A model generated the notes under the pieces. That model was not told the origin of the DNA. It ran no database searches and worked only from the letters and a program-made list of their open reading frames with translations. From Patescibacteria group bacterium (GTDB lineage Bacteria > Patescibacteriota > Patescibacteriia > UBA9934), in the NCBI GenBank assembly GCA_038064675.1, contig JBBTSM010000008.1:167-44171 (forward strand): DNA of 44,005 bases, given 5' to 3'. The position numbers were made by a program, and so were the translations under genes. Every line of letters begins with the position of its first letter. Position 1 is the stretch's first letter. This document shows, one piece after another, positions 1-8,515 of this stretch.

Positions 1-141
1 TTTTTTTTTTGGGGCCCCCCCCGGCACTTACTTCTTCTTCACTCCACCCTTTGGTTTCTTCTTGTCTTTCTTCTGGGCGTTATTTCCCTTTGCCATAATC
101 ATTATTTAGTAAATGATAGCTCCATTATGCCACAAGTTCGA

Positions 142-954
142 CTACGCTCGGCGCGTAACCGATGTTCCGATGAAGCTGACGATGAAGAGGCCGACAGCAC
201 ACAGCACGATGGTTCCGCCGGTTGCGAGATTGAATGAGTAGGATAGGCCGAGGCCGAGGAGGACGCTCAGCAAAGAAACGACGATCGCAATGCCGATCGT
301 TGTTTTGAATCCGCGGTTGAATTGCGTTGCTGCAAGCACAGGAATCACCATCAATGCGCCGACCAGAAGAATTCCAACCACCCGCATCGAAACAGCAACC
401 ATGCCGGCCGTGAGGATCGCAAGAACCATGCTCGAGAGCGTGACGTTCACGCCGTTTGCCCTGGCGATGTCTTCGTCGAAGGAAAGAAGAAAGAACTGGG
501 GATACATTTTTATCACTACCCCCACGATAACCACACCTATTCCACCAATCATCCACAAGTCATCCACAGTTACCGTTGTAATGCTTCCAAAAAGATATGC
601 GAGCACTCCCCCGTTGAATTTCCCCACCACGCTCATCGCAACGACGGCGAACGCGAGGCTTCCAGAGAGAAACAGCGCTAATACCGCCTCGCCCCCGAAC
701 CTTCCAGATAGTCGCAGCTTCTCGATACCGATCGCAACGATCACCGAAACGACGATCGCGGCAAGAATCGGATTAATCCCGAGGATGATGCCAATCGCGA
801 CACCAGCCAACGATGCGTGCGAGAGTGTGTCGGCAATCAAAGCGTATCGGCGAACCGTCAGGAATGTTCCAAGAATTGGTGCCACGGTGCCGATGATGAC
901 TCCGGCAATGAGCGCTCGAGTGAGAAAATCGTAGGCAAAGAAGTCTGCAAACAT
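142..954 (-). CDS. metal (Zn/Mn-type) ABC transporter permease, ZnuB/MntB/TroD family
   Basis: ORF 142..1041 is trimmed to the ATG at 954, one nt after the stop of the upstream gene. It is a multi-pass hydrophobic protein with family-typical stretches (FFAYDFLTRALIAG, DTLSHASLAGVAIG). It is the last gene of an operon with an ABC ATPase and a TroA-like binding protein. TAG stop at 142-144. Confidence 0.85.
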   Translation of the reverse strand: MFADFFAYDFLTRALIAGVIIGTVAPILGTFLTVRRYALIADTLSHASLAGVAIGIILGINPILAAIVVSVIVAIGIEKLRLSGRFGGEAVLALFLSGSLAFAVVAMSVVGKFNGGVLAYLFGSITTVTVDDLWMIGGIGVVIVGVVIKMYPQFFLLSFDEDIARANGVNVTLSSMVLAILTAGMVAVSMRVVGILLVGALMVIPVLAATQFNRGFKTTIGIAIVVSLLSVLLGLGLSYSFNLATGGTIVLCAVGLFIVSFIGTSVTRRA

Positions 955-955
955 A

Positions 956-2110
956 TTAGTGCTTTTTACCGTAGTACCACGCAGCGGCAAACGTCGAAAT
1001 CGGAACAGCAATAACGAGCGAGGCGCCGCCGACGATCGCACGAACCACTTCTTCCATCACGTACTCCGCGTTCAAGACAACCCACAGTGGCGGGCCACCA
1101 TTCGCGGCAAATAAGAGAAACAGTGGGAACGAAGCACCGGCGTATGCGAGCGCCAAAGTGTTCACAAGGCTCGCGATATGTTCCCTTCCCACTCGGAGCC
1201 CTCGCTTGTAGAGCTCTTTTCTTGTCAGTGATGAATCGGCAATCCCAATTTCCTCCACCGCAGCAACTTGCGCCGTCGTGACGTCGTCGAGCACACCAAG
1301 GGTGCCGATAATCATGCCGCCAAGGAGAAGACCCTGAAGGTTCAACGATGGCAATGATCCAATTTGGAGATACACAGCCTCTTCAGTTCCCGATCCAGAG
1401 AGTTTCGCGAGTGTTACGGCAATAATCGAAAACACAACAGCACCGATGAGTGTAACGAGTGTCGATCCGAGAGCGATGCCGCTTCGTTTATTCACGCCGT
1501 GCGCGAGGAGAATCGATATCACCGCAATCGAGAACGCGCCGATGACGCTAACGGTTAATGCGTCGTGGCCAGCGATAATGGCTGGGATAACGCCGTACGC
1601 AAGAATGCCTAAACTTGCCGCAAGGCCAAAGAGCGACGTGACTCCGCGAATGCCGCCAAAGAGAATCGCAAGAAGAAAGAACGCCGCGAGGCCTACGAGC
1701 ACGCCAGGAATACGGAGCTTATCCAGAATGACGTATCCTGATCCGCCGATGGTATCCGGCGCAACAATCACCGTGTCGCCAACCGCGAGTTTCTGCTGTT
1801 CAAACGCGCTGATCGACGTTGAGTATTCAATCATCTCGTCCTTTCCCGCGTCTGGCCCGTTGTTCAATCGAACATTCACACGCTGATACTTCTCGCTGAA
1901 TCCAGGATCGGTATTCTCACCTTCGCTAAAGATAATCGTTACTTTCCCCGTGTAGTACGACGGCGAAGCCGCAAAAACCGAATCCGCAGCCGGCGCCTCG
2001 GACGCAGACGGATTCACAACCTCAGCCCGAAGCGCCATCGGCGACATCAAAAAGACCAATCCAAGTAAAAATACACAACACAAGACCTGACCCCATCGTT
2101 TAATGCCCAT
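956..2110 (-). CDS. YibE/F family integral membrane protein
   Basis: ATG at 2110. An N-terminal signal/anchor (VLCCVFLLGLVFLMSPMALRA) and a soluble domain are followed by many TM helices. The motif GGMIIGTLGVLDDVTTAQVAAVEEI is typical of YibE/F proteins. It overlaps the ATPase gene by 11 nt and abuts the permease gene. Confidence 0.75.
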   Translation of the reverse strand: MGIKRWGQVLCCVFLLGLVFLMSPMALRAEVVNPSASEAPAADSVFAASPSYYTGKVTIIFSEGENTDPGFSEKYQRVNVRLNNGPDAGKDEMIEYSTSISAFEQQKLAVGDTVIVAPDTIGGSGYVILDKLRIPGVLVGLAAFFLLAILFGGIRGVTSLFGLAASLGILAYGVIPAIIAGHDALTVSVIGAFSIAVISILLAHGVNKRSGIALGSTLVTLIGAVVFSIIAVTLAKLSGSGTEEAVYLQIGSLPSLNLQGLLLGGMIIGTLGVLDDVTTAQVAAVEEIGIADSSLTRKELYKRGLRVGREHIASLVNTLALAYAGASFPLFLLFAANGGPPLWVVLNAEYVMEEVVRAIVGGASLVIAVPISTFAAAWYYGKKH

Positions 2111-2783
2111 AGTGTTCCATTTTATGCATCACGTCGTCGGGGTGTCCGTGGCAGACGAGATGTCGGTTCAAACAAAACACACGTTCAACTTGATGAGCGA
2201 TGGCGTCGGTATCGTGAGAAACGAGAACGATCGTTAATCGCTTTTCATCATGGAGCTTGCGGAGGAATGCGTAGAACTCTTCTTGACTTCCAGGATCAAT
2301 CGCCGAGGTCGGCTCATCGAGAAATAACACGTCGGGATTACCGGCCAATGCACGAGCAATCATCGCCCGCTGGCGTTCGCCGCCGGAAAGCGTGCCGATT
2401 CGGCGATTGGAAAGATGAGAGATCCCCGTCGTCTTCATTGCATCATGAATACGATGATCGCGGTCGTGCGCTGATTTCGCGTCGAAGATTCCGCTCTCGA
2501 TAACCTCATGCACAGTCGCTGGGAATGTGACTTCCCCACTACTTGAACGCTGCGGAACGTACCCAATCTTTGATTTTGGAATTTTCACTTCAACCGTGCC
2601 GTGACTCGGATTCGCGAGGCCAAGGAGGAGTCGAAGGAGCGTTGTCTTTCCTCCACCATTCGGGCCGATGATGCCCACGTATTCGCCGCGCCCGATATCA
2701 ATCGAAATGTTCGACAAAATATCTTTGCCATCGATGCGATACGAAACATTGTGTAATGAAAGAATCGGCACTATTCCTGGCAT
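2100..2783 (-). CDS. metal ABC transporter ATP-binding protein (ZnuC/MntA-like)
   Basis: Walker A GPNGGGKTT, ABC signature LSGGERQR, Walker B LFLDEPTS, H-loop VSHD. ATG at 2783 overlaps the binding-protein gene by 13 nt. Confidence 0.9.
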   Translation of the reverse strand: MPGIVPILSLHNVSYRIDGKDILSNISIDIGRGEYVGIIGPNGGGKTTLLRLLLGLANPSHGTVEVKIPKSKIGYVPQRSSSGEVTFPATVHEVIESGIFDAKSAHDRDHRIHDAMKTTGISHLSNRRIGTLSGGERQRAMIARALAGNPDVLFLDEPTSAIDPGSQEEFYAFLRKLHDEKRLTIVLVSHDTDAIAHQVERVFCLNRHLVCHGHPDDVMHKMEHYGH

Positions 2784-3676
2784 ACCATCGCGGCTTTGAG
2801 CTTAACTAAATTCTTCTCCATGATACCAGGGTATTCCAAGCGTTCGGATTCTTCCGAGGCTAAACTCTCAATTACATCGAGCACATCGCTCTTTGCACCA
2901 GTCTCATCGGCGAGCGTCTTCGCTAATGCCGGACTCGCAAGTTCTTCGAAAAATACGGTTGTAATGCTACGGGATCGAATCAGATCAGTAAGTTCGACAA
3001 GCTTCGAAGTCGACGGTTCATCCTCTGGAGAAATCCCGGCGATGCTGTGCACAGTGAATCCGTAACGCTTTGCAAGGAACCCGAATGCATCATGAGATGA
3101 AACGATCTCGGGAATCGAGCACGAAGCGAGTCCGGCACGATAGTCGTCATCGATTCTCTGAAGGACCGCGATCTTCTTCGAAACATTGTCGCGAATCACA
3201 TCGGCATTCTTCGGATCGATGAGCTCAAGTTGACCGCCGATACTTTCGACGATCCGCTGCATCAGAACCGGATCGAGCCACACGTGAAGATCGGTTTCTG
3301 GATATTGGAGCATCGTCAGAACTGAAATCGTTGGCCCACCGCGATGATCGTTGATGATGTCGTCTGCCCATGCATCCACTCCGCCGTTGTTAATGAGAAG
3401 CTCCGCATCTTGAATCTTCTTTACGTCGTCAATCGTTGGCGAGAAATCGTGCGGTTCAAGACCTGGACCAACAATAGTGGTGACGGTTGCCGCAGGATCG
3501 AGATCACTCGCCATCCAGGCTAAAGGATAAATCGTCGCAACGATCGAAACCTTCCCGTCGTCCTTGGTGTAATCGGGAATCTGATTCTCTGGGAAAAGAG
3601 AGATATACGTGAAAGCCCCAATCCAGACAGCGATGAATGCAAGGGAAAACCCTAGAGCGATGCGCAGCTTTTGCAT
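2771..3676 (-). CDS. metal ABC transporter substrate-binding protein (TroA/ZnuA cluster-9 type)
   Basis: N-terminal hydrophobic anchor. Family-typical stretches are IVATIYPLAWM, EPHDFSP, LHVWLDP and SSHDAFGFLAKRYG. Operon context with the ATPase and permease supports the call. Confidence 0.85.
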   Translation of the reverse strand: MQKLRIALGFSLAFIAVWIGAFTYISLFPENQIPDYTKDDGKVSIVATIYPLAWMASDLDPAATVTTIVGPGLEPHDFSPTIDDVKKIQDAELLINNGGVDAWADDIINDHRGGPTISVLTMLQYPETDLHVWLDPVLMQRIVESIGGQLELIDPKNADVIRDNVSKKIAVLQRIDDDYRAGLASCSIPEIVSSHDAFGFLAKRYGFTVHSIAGISPEDEPSTSKLVELTDLIRSRSITTVFFEELASPALAKTLADETGAKSDVLDVIESLASEESERLEYPGIMEKNLVKLKAAMVCQE

Positions 3677-4095
3677 AGGCCGAAGAATTCTAAAGAATGA
3701 CGGAGAATCGTAAACTTGGACTTTTTATCAACCTGATCCTCGAGTTTGTCGAACGGATCCGCGACATCGATGTCTGCGATGGCATCACATTTGATACAGA
3801 CGATGTGGTGATGGTGATCTTGTTCCACGAATTCGTATCTCTGAACCTGATCATGGAAATAAATGGGGACGATAACGCCGGCCTCAACGAGGACCTCGAG
3901 CTCTCGATAGAGTGTGACCTTGTGGACCTCGGGGATATCAAATTTCTTGAGCCGACCTCGAATTTCGTCCACAGAAAACGGCTTCATATTCTTCGCGAAG
4001 ATCTCGAGAAGCGCTCTTCGAAGCTTCGTCATGCGAAAACCTTCTGCAGCAAGATTGTAGCGAAGCTCTGCGGTTCTGGGTGTTTCCAGTTTCAT
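3652..4095 (-). CDS. Fur family transcriptional regulator (Zur-like by context)
   Basis: Winged-helix N-terminus (TKLRRALLEIF...FSVDEI). Metal-site residues HHHHIVCIKC and a C-terminal CKSC pair. First gene of the metal-uptake operon. Start placed at ATG 4095 rather than the TTG at 4116 used by the ORF track. Confidence 0.85.
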   Translation of the reverse strand: MKLETPRTAELRYNLAAEGFRMTKLRRALLEIFAKNMKPFSVDEIRGRLKKFDIPEVHKVTLYRELEVLVEAGVIVPIYFHDQVQRYEFVEQDHHHHIVCIKCDAIADIDVADPFDKLEDQVDKKSKFTILRHSLEFFGLCKSCASL

Positions 4096-4109
4096 ACGCC
4101 ATCGACCAT

Positions 4110-4128
4110 AACGCAACTGAGTTGCGTT
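4110..4128. promoter_or_regulatory. perfect 19-bp palindrome AACGCAAC-TGA-GTTGCGTT just upstream of the Fur-family gene (candidate operator or hairpin)
   Basis: Read directly: 8-bp arms with a 3-nt spacer, ending 15 nt upstream of the ATG at 4095. A function is not demonstrated. Confidence 0.35.
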
Positions 4129-4226
4129 TGCAAGACCCCCTGTTCAAAACGCACACACCCAAACTCGCCGATAGTGTCTCGTTATCATTGCCGCCTCCAC
4201 ATCCATCCAAGGTCACCTCACAATCA

Positions 4227-4267
4227 GACCCCCTCCAACTCCCCCTTCGTAAGGGGGAGTGATGTCT
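4227..4267. repeat. palindromic repeat element, copy A (GACCCCCTCCAACTCCCCCTTCGTAAGGGGGAGTGATGTCT)
   Basis: It contains a 10-bp perfect stem ACTCCCCCTT/AAGGGGGAGT with a 3-nt loop (4238-4260). It is about 95% identical to a 41-bp block at 9328-9368. It lies directly after the comFC stop codon. Confidence 0.8.
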
Positions 4268-4268
4268 T

Positions 4269-4895
4269 TTATCCCTTGGCAATACTTATTCTTAAAATCT
4301 CCTCAACACCCGCATCGCGCAAAATGTCTTCAGCAGCACCCATCGTCGCTCCCGTCGTCTCAACATCATCAAAGATCATGATTCTCTTTGGAACAGCGAT
4401 TCCCGCTCTCAATGTAAACGGATTCTTTGTGAAACTTTTCTTTCTCAGATCATGCGACGTATTCGCTTGCGCAAACCATCGATGTTTTCGTTCGAGAAGA
4501 TCCACGCTCGGCAGATGAAGAAGCTCGCCGATTGCTCGAGCGCCGTCTTTTGCTTGATTAAATCCACGCATTCGCTCTTTCCAGGAAGACAGCGGAATTG
4601 GCACGATCGCCTCAATCTTCTTTGCTTCGATCACACTTTTCCAAGAAGCAGCCCTTGGCGCGATCAGACGCACGAGCCTCGCAAGACCCTCCTCGTCGCC
4701 GTCGTACTTCCATGCACAAATCAGTTTCCGAATCTTTGGGTTGGCATACGCAAACGGCGGACCATCGAGGGATGAATCCGCCGTGCACAACGCACAAAGT
4801 AGCGCCCCTTCTGTGCCGCAATTCACACAATATCGTGGGAATACGGCATCCCAAATCACACACCGTCCTTCCAGGTATATCCGTCCACCAGCCAC
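4269..4895 (-). CDS. comFC: ComF family protein (ComFC-type phosphoribosyltransferase-fold competence protein)
   Basis: N-terminal Cys pairs (CVNCG...CALC), the RGFNQA motif, and the PRTase motif IMIFDDVETTGATM. The start is a GTG at 4895 that overlaps the upstream gene by 40 nt. Confidence 0.85.
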   Translation of the reverse strand: MAGGRIYLEGRCVIWDAVFPRYCVNCGTEGALLCALCTADSSLDGPPFAYANPKIRKLICAWKYDGDEEGLARLVRLIAPRAASWKSVIEAKKIEAIVPIPLSSWKERMRGFNQAKDGARAIGELLHLPSVDLLERKHRWFAQANTSHDLRKKSFTKNPFTLRAGIAVPKRIMIFDDVETTGATMGAAEDILRDAGVEEILRISIAKG

Positions 4896-5440
4896 GTCGT
4901 TCCAGACTTCACAAGCGTGATAGTAATTGATTGATACTTGATCGTTGTGTTGCCCGGATCACCTTTCGACTCTTCACGCTGCGTGGTCATCGAGAGCACT
5001 GTTTGCGTAGACGACGCGCTCACGGTCTTTGGCGCTGTTACGACCAATGTAGAAACACCATAATACGATCCATCCGACGACGCACGCGATTGCTTTGCGA
5101 GTGTTTCGAGTTGCTTCTGAAAACTCGTCGTCGCCATCGGCAAAATGTCCTCAATGTTTGCCGCATCGGATTCCGACGAATAACTTCCTAAACGTTCCAC
5201 AAATGTTCGCGCAACCGTTGTTGCCGACGTTTCTTTCACAACAACTGGCGCTGGAGTTGTTGTCGTGTCAGTAGACCCTGTAGCCGTCACCGACCTGTCC
5301 TTCGACGTTGTCACCGTCGCCGCGGTTGGTGTTGTTGCTGTTGGAGTTATCGCCTTCTGTCTCCAAAACAGCACAAATGCTGCGAAGAGCAAAAGGACTG
5401 CAATAGCGAGAGCGATTTCGATTTTTGTTTTGCGTTCCAT
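4856..5440 (-). CDS. membrane-anchored protein: N-terminal TM, Thr/Pro-rich linker, about 115-aa C-terminal globular domain (VirB8-like candidate)
   Basis: ATG at 5440, 3 nt after the VirB4 stop. TM helix IEIALAIAVLLLFAAFVLFW. Linker TPTATTPTAATVTT...TTTPAP. The C-terminal domain ends ...GTTWLVDGYTWKDGV. The VirB8-like reading is inference from architecture and position only. Confidence 0.6.
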   Translation of the reverse strand: MERKTKIEIALAIAVLLLFAAFVLFWRQKAITPTATTPTAATVTTSKDRSVTATGSTDTTTTPAPVVVKETSATTVARTFVERLGSYSSESDAANIEDILPMATTSFQKQLETLAKQSRASSDGSYYGVSTLVVTAPKTVSASSTQTVLSMTTQREESKGDPGNTTIKYQSITITLVKSGTTWLVDGYTWKDGV

Positions 5441-5443
5441 ACA

Positions 5444-7363
5444 TTATGCATTTCGTTCTTCAGCCTGTTCTGCGGCCAAACGCTTCTTTTCTTTTTCAAT
5501 TTCGAGCAACTGCTGTGGATTGGTGGTAACGATTTGATCTTCGGTGTAACTTGCGACGATCTTGATTGCGGCGTGTTTTTGACCCGCAAAGAAAATACCT
5601 TCTCCAACAGCAGATTCGAGCAATAAATACTTCTCGCTCTGCGTGAGGTTGAATGTTTCTGCAATACGATCAACACCCGCCGGCGATTGTTTCATCAACA
5701 GCTGCAGCGATGAGTTCGTCACGATCGCCTGACCGTACGACGATCCCAAGAAGTCGTTTACATCCTGTGTGATCGTCGTCACCCCGAGGTAATATTTTCG
5801 AGCGCGCTTCACGAGAGCGAAAATAAACTTTGCAGAATCCTCATTCTGCATGAGCCACCACGCTTCGTCGATGACAAGAATACGCTTCTTGCGTTCCGAT
5901 CGGACGACGTTCCAAATGTAGTTGATGATGGTGTAAATCGCCATGGCTCGCAACTCGTCTTCAAGATCGCGAACCGAGAAAATAACGAGCTGATTGCGCA
6001 TTTCCACCGTGGTTGGCGAGTTGAGCAATCCAGAAAATGTTCCACTCGTGAACTTTTCCAAACGCGCCACCAAGTTGTCACCACCGTTCATGCCCTGCAA
6101 AACTTGAAGCAGGTCTTCGAGGATTGGATAATCAACAATTCCTTCCAGCGTCGTTAAATCGGGCGTAATGTCGCGCTTTGCGTACGATTCTAAGAGCGCA
6201 CGGTCCAGCAATGAATCTTCTTCTGGCGTAAAGCTCAAGGTTCCTTTTTCGCCCATTGGCTTGCCAATCATGATGCGAAGCAAGCCTTTAAGCGTAATGA
6301 CCGCGCTGCGCAACACATCGTCAACCGATGTTTCGTCACCTTTCGCGCGAGGAAGATCGAACGGGTTCACCTTGCTGTCCGACGCAAGCGACACGTTGAT
6401 GTATGTTCCGCCAACGGCATCCGACAGCTGGCGGTATTCCATTTCTGGGTCGATAACGATCACATCCACGCCCATCATCATGGAACGTAAAATTTCCAGC
6501 TTCACCGCATACGACTTTCCCGCACCAGATGTTGCGAACACCACCGAATTCGCGTTCTGCAAGCTGAAACGATCGAACAAAATCAACGAATTGTTGTGGC
6601 GGTTAATGCCGTATAAAATGCCGTTGTCGCTCGTGACGTCCGACGAAATGAACGGATACGACGACGCGATTGGCGACGTGTTCATGTTGAACGTAATCGC
6701 AAGCTCGTCGTTCAAGAGTGGCAATGTGGAGTTGAATCCTTGTTCTGTTTGGTAAAAACCACGCTTCGAATAAATGAGCTTCTGACCGAAGATTGCTTCA
6801 ATCTCCTCCGTTCGTTTGTCGAGCTCCTCAACCGTCTTTGCGTATAACGTCACGTAAAACGCAAACTGAAAGAAATGTTCAATTCCTTGAGTAAGGTCAT
6901 CACGAAGCTGCTCCACGTCGCGCAATGCGGTTTCGCGAATTGGATCACGAGGTTTGCCGGTTTCGTTGTCGGAAATGACCTGCGCCTCGAGCACACCAAC
7001 CTTGTTTCGCAACTGCTTCAAAATCACCTCCGGTTTGATGGGATAAAAGTACATCGCAATATCAATAGTGCTGTTGTAGTTGATGATTGGCGCACCCCAT
7101 CCAATGCCAACGTAGCGTGGATACGTCGTCACAAACAATGTCCGAACGTACATGTCGCCCAAATGCAAGTGCGCGGATGTTACTTCAAACGACGACGGCG
7201 CAATAAGATCGCGAACACTCACCGTTCCACGGCGATAAATGCGTTCTTCTTCAAGCGTGGTGCGTTCTTGCATTGCCCGCGCCTGCGCCTCCGAAATCGG
7301 TTTCGGCTGAAGGGTCACTGGAGCAACCTTTACGTCTTTGGGATTGTTTAAATCAAATGCCAT
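5444..7363 (-). CDS. virB4: VirB4/TrbE/TraC-type T4SS ATPase, central and C-terminal ATPase part
   Basis: Walker A FATSGAGKSY and Walker B ILVIDEAWW. Region IAPSSFEV...HLHLGDMYVRTLFVTTYPRYVGIGW is typical of Gram-positive VirB4 proteins. ATG verified at 7361-7363. Confidence 0.9.
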   Translation of the reverse strand: MAFDLNNPKDVKVAPVTLQPKPISEAQARAMQERTTLEEERIYRRGTVSVRDLIAPSSFEVTSAHLHLGDMYVRTLFVTTYPRYVGIGWGAPIINYNSTIDIAMYFYPIKPEVILKQLRNKVGVLEAQVISDNETGKPRDPIRETALRDVEQLRDDLTQGIEHFFQFAFYVTLYAKTVEELDKRTEEIEAIFGQKLIYSKRGFYQTEQGFNSTLPLLNDELAITFNMNTSPIASSYPFISSDVTSDNGILYGINRHNNSLILFDRFSLQNANSVVFATSGAGKSYAVKLEILRSMMMGVDVIVIDPEMEYRQLSDAVGGTYINVSLASDSKVNPFDLPRAKGDETSVDDVLRSAVITLKGLLRIMIGKPMGEKGTLSFTPEEDSLLDRALLESYAKRDITPDLTTLEGIVDYPILEDLLQVLQGMNGGDNLVARLEKFTSGTFSGLLNSPTTVEMRNQLVIFSVRDLEDELRAMAIYTIINYIWNVVRSERKKRILVIDEAWWLMQNEDSAKFIFALVKRARKYYLGVTTITQDVNDFLGSSYGQAIVTNSSLQLLMKQSPAGVDRIAETFNLTQSEKYLLLESAVGEGIFFAGQKHAAIKIVASYTEDQIVTTNPQQLLEIEKEKKRLAAEQAEERNA

Positions 7364-7366
7364 ACG

Positions 7367-8050
7367 CTAGAAATGGGTTTCCACACGCAACTTTCCAACG
7401 TCTACCAACTTCTCTGTGTCGTACACATCTGGGTTGTACGACGAGTAATACAGCTCAATGAGCCCCTGGGTATCAAGGAGCGCCACCTGTAAGCTCATGC
7501 TCCCCAAACCAGACGCAATTGTGGAAACCTGGCGCATGAGTGTTTCGCGACGAGCCTGAAAATTCTTTTCGTTCAGCTTAATAATCTTAGCCGGCGAAAA
7601 CGCGCTAGAAAGTTTTGTAAGGAAACCCTTGCCCTTATCGCTTCCTTCTGCAGGATCGTACGGCACAACCACAAAGAATCGCTTTTGCATGATTTGCCCA
7701 AGCTCTACAAGTTCCTTGATGAACGACGTATAATCGCGAATCTGCGTTCGAAGAAGCTCGTTATGAATGGTGTCTTCTTGCGCCTTCAAACTTGCAAGAT
7801 ATCCATCGACATTCATTCTGCGCGACTGAATCACCACCTGAAGCGGAAAATCCAGTCCATTCAAAAATTGCATGTACCCCTGAATAATTGCCTGCTGCTC
7901 GTCTTCACTTTTCAACGCAAAGTTAATACTCGACACCATCAACACCGCACGAAGCGTGCCGTCCTTCATCACAACACAATCCTCACGAATTTCAGCAATA
8001 TCCAAATATCGCTGTGTTGGCTGACCAGATTTTGGCTTTGCGTTTGCCAT
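7367..8050 (-). CDS. VirB4 N-terminal domain encoded as a separate ORF
   Basis: The sequence PTQRYLDIAEIREDCVVMKDGTLRAVLMVSSINFALKSEDEQQAIIQGYMQFLNGLDFPLQVVIQSRR resembles the N-terminal region of Gram-positive VirB4/TraE-like ATPases. It ends in TAG (7367-7369), in the same reading frame as the ATG at 7363. Confidence 0.65.
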   Translation of the reverse strand: MANAKPKSGQPTQRYLDIAEIREDCVVMKDGTLRAVLMVSSINFALKSEDEQQAIIQGYMQFLNGLDFPLQVVIQSRRMNVDGYLASLKAQEDTIHNELLRTQIRDYTSFIKELVELGQIMQKRFFVVVPYDPAEGSDKGKGFLTKLSSAFSPAKIIKLNEKNFQARRETLMRQVSTIASGLGSMSLQVALLDTQGLIELYYSSYNPDVYDTEKLVDVGKLRVETHF

Positions 8051-8052
8051 AG

Positions 8053-8499
8053 TTAGACATCTTCATCTGACGCGTACACACCGCCGGTGTTTACCACCAA
8101 TGTCAGTTCGTTCAGGCGTGATCGTTCGAGCGGCGCCTTTCGCACTGGCGGTGGAGCAACGTCTTCCTCAACCGTCTGAAGAAACATCCGAATGTCTGAA
8201 TCGCTCAATGTTTTATCCCAAATACGAAGGTGCGGTTTACGGAATGTCTGAATGAAATTCAACACAATAAAATGAAACGGCTGACCGTTTACCTTTGCAA
8301 AAGAAAACATCAGTCCCAGTGCAAGAATCGGCACACCGAGCGCGAGAACAATGATGAGATTAAGAAAGACGCGATAGATGACGAACTCCACAAGAAGCAC
8401 GCCAAGCATAATCAAAAACTGTCGCGCAGTAATTGGCCCGATAATCTTCGATTCAACATCGAGAAATTGCGGTACGACAAATTGATTCTGACCAGCCAT
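8053..8499 (-). CDS. PrgI family / VirB3-like small T4SS membrane protein
   Basis: The N-terminal signature VVPQFLDVESKIIGPITARQFLIML is followed by two TM helices. It lies immediately upstream of VirB4. Start moved to ATG 8499; the ORF track uses the TTG at 8505. Confidence 0.7.
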   Translation of the reverse strand: MAGQNQFVVPQFLDVESKIIGPITARQFLIMLGVLLVEFVIYRVFLNLIIVLALGVPILALGLMFSFAKVNGQPFHFIVLNFIQTFRKPHLRIWDKTLSDSDIRMFLQTVEEDVAPPPVRKAPLERSRLNELTLVVNTGGVYASDEDV

Positions 8500-8515
8500 G
8501 ACCAAAGTATATCAC

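Noticed and set aside
1-24. Homopolymer block T10-G4-C8-G2 at the very start of the window.
   Set aside because: It does not form a terminator on either strand: the T-run precedes the GC block on the plus strand, and an A-run follows it on the minus strand. Lying exactly at the sequence edge, it looks like a contig-end or sequencing artefact, so no biological call was made.
28-96. A 22-codon minus-strand ORF, MAKGNNAQKKDKKKPKGGVKKK, downstream of the permease gene. It is not in the ORF track.
   Set aside because: It is very short and low-complexity Lys-rich, has no recognisable ribosome-binding site, and is adjacent to the suspicious contig end. It could be a real small basic protein, but I cannot support that from sequence alone.
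3697-4518. A 273-aa plus-strand ORF across the Fur-family and comFC genes. A 255-aa plus-strand ORF at 28030-28797 is similar.
   Set aside because: Each is antisense to recognised genes or spans intergenic DNA. Neither has motifs or supporting start context.
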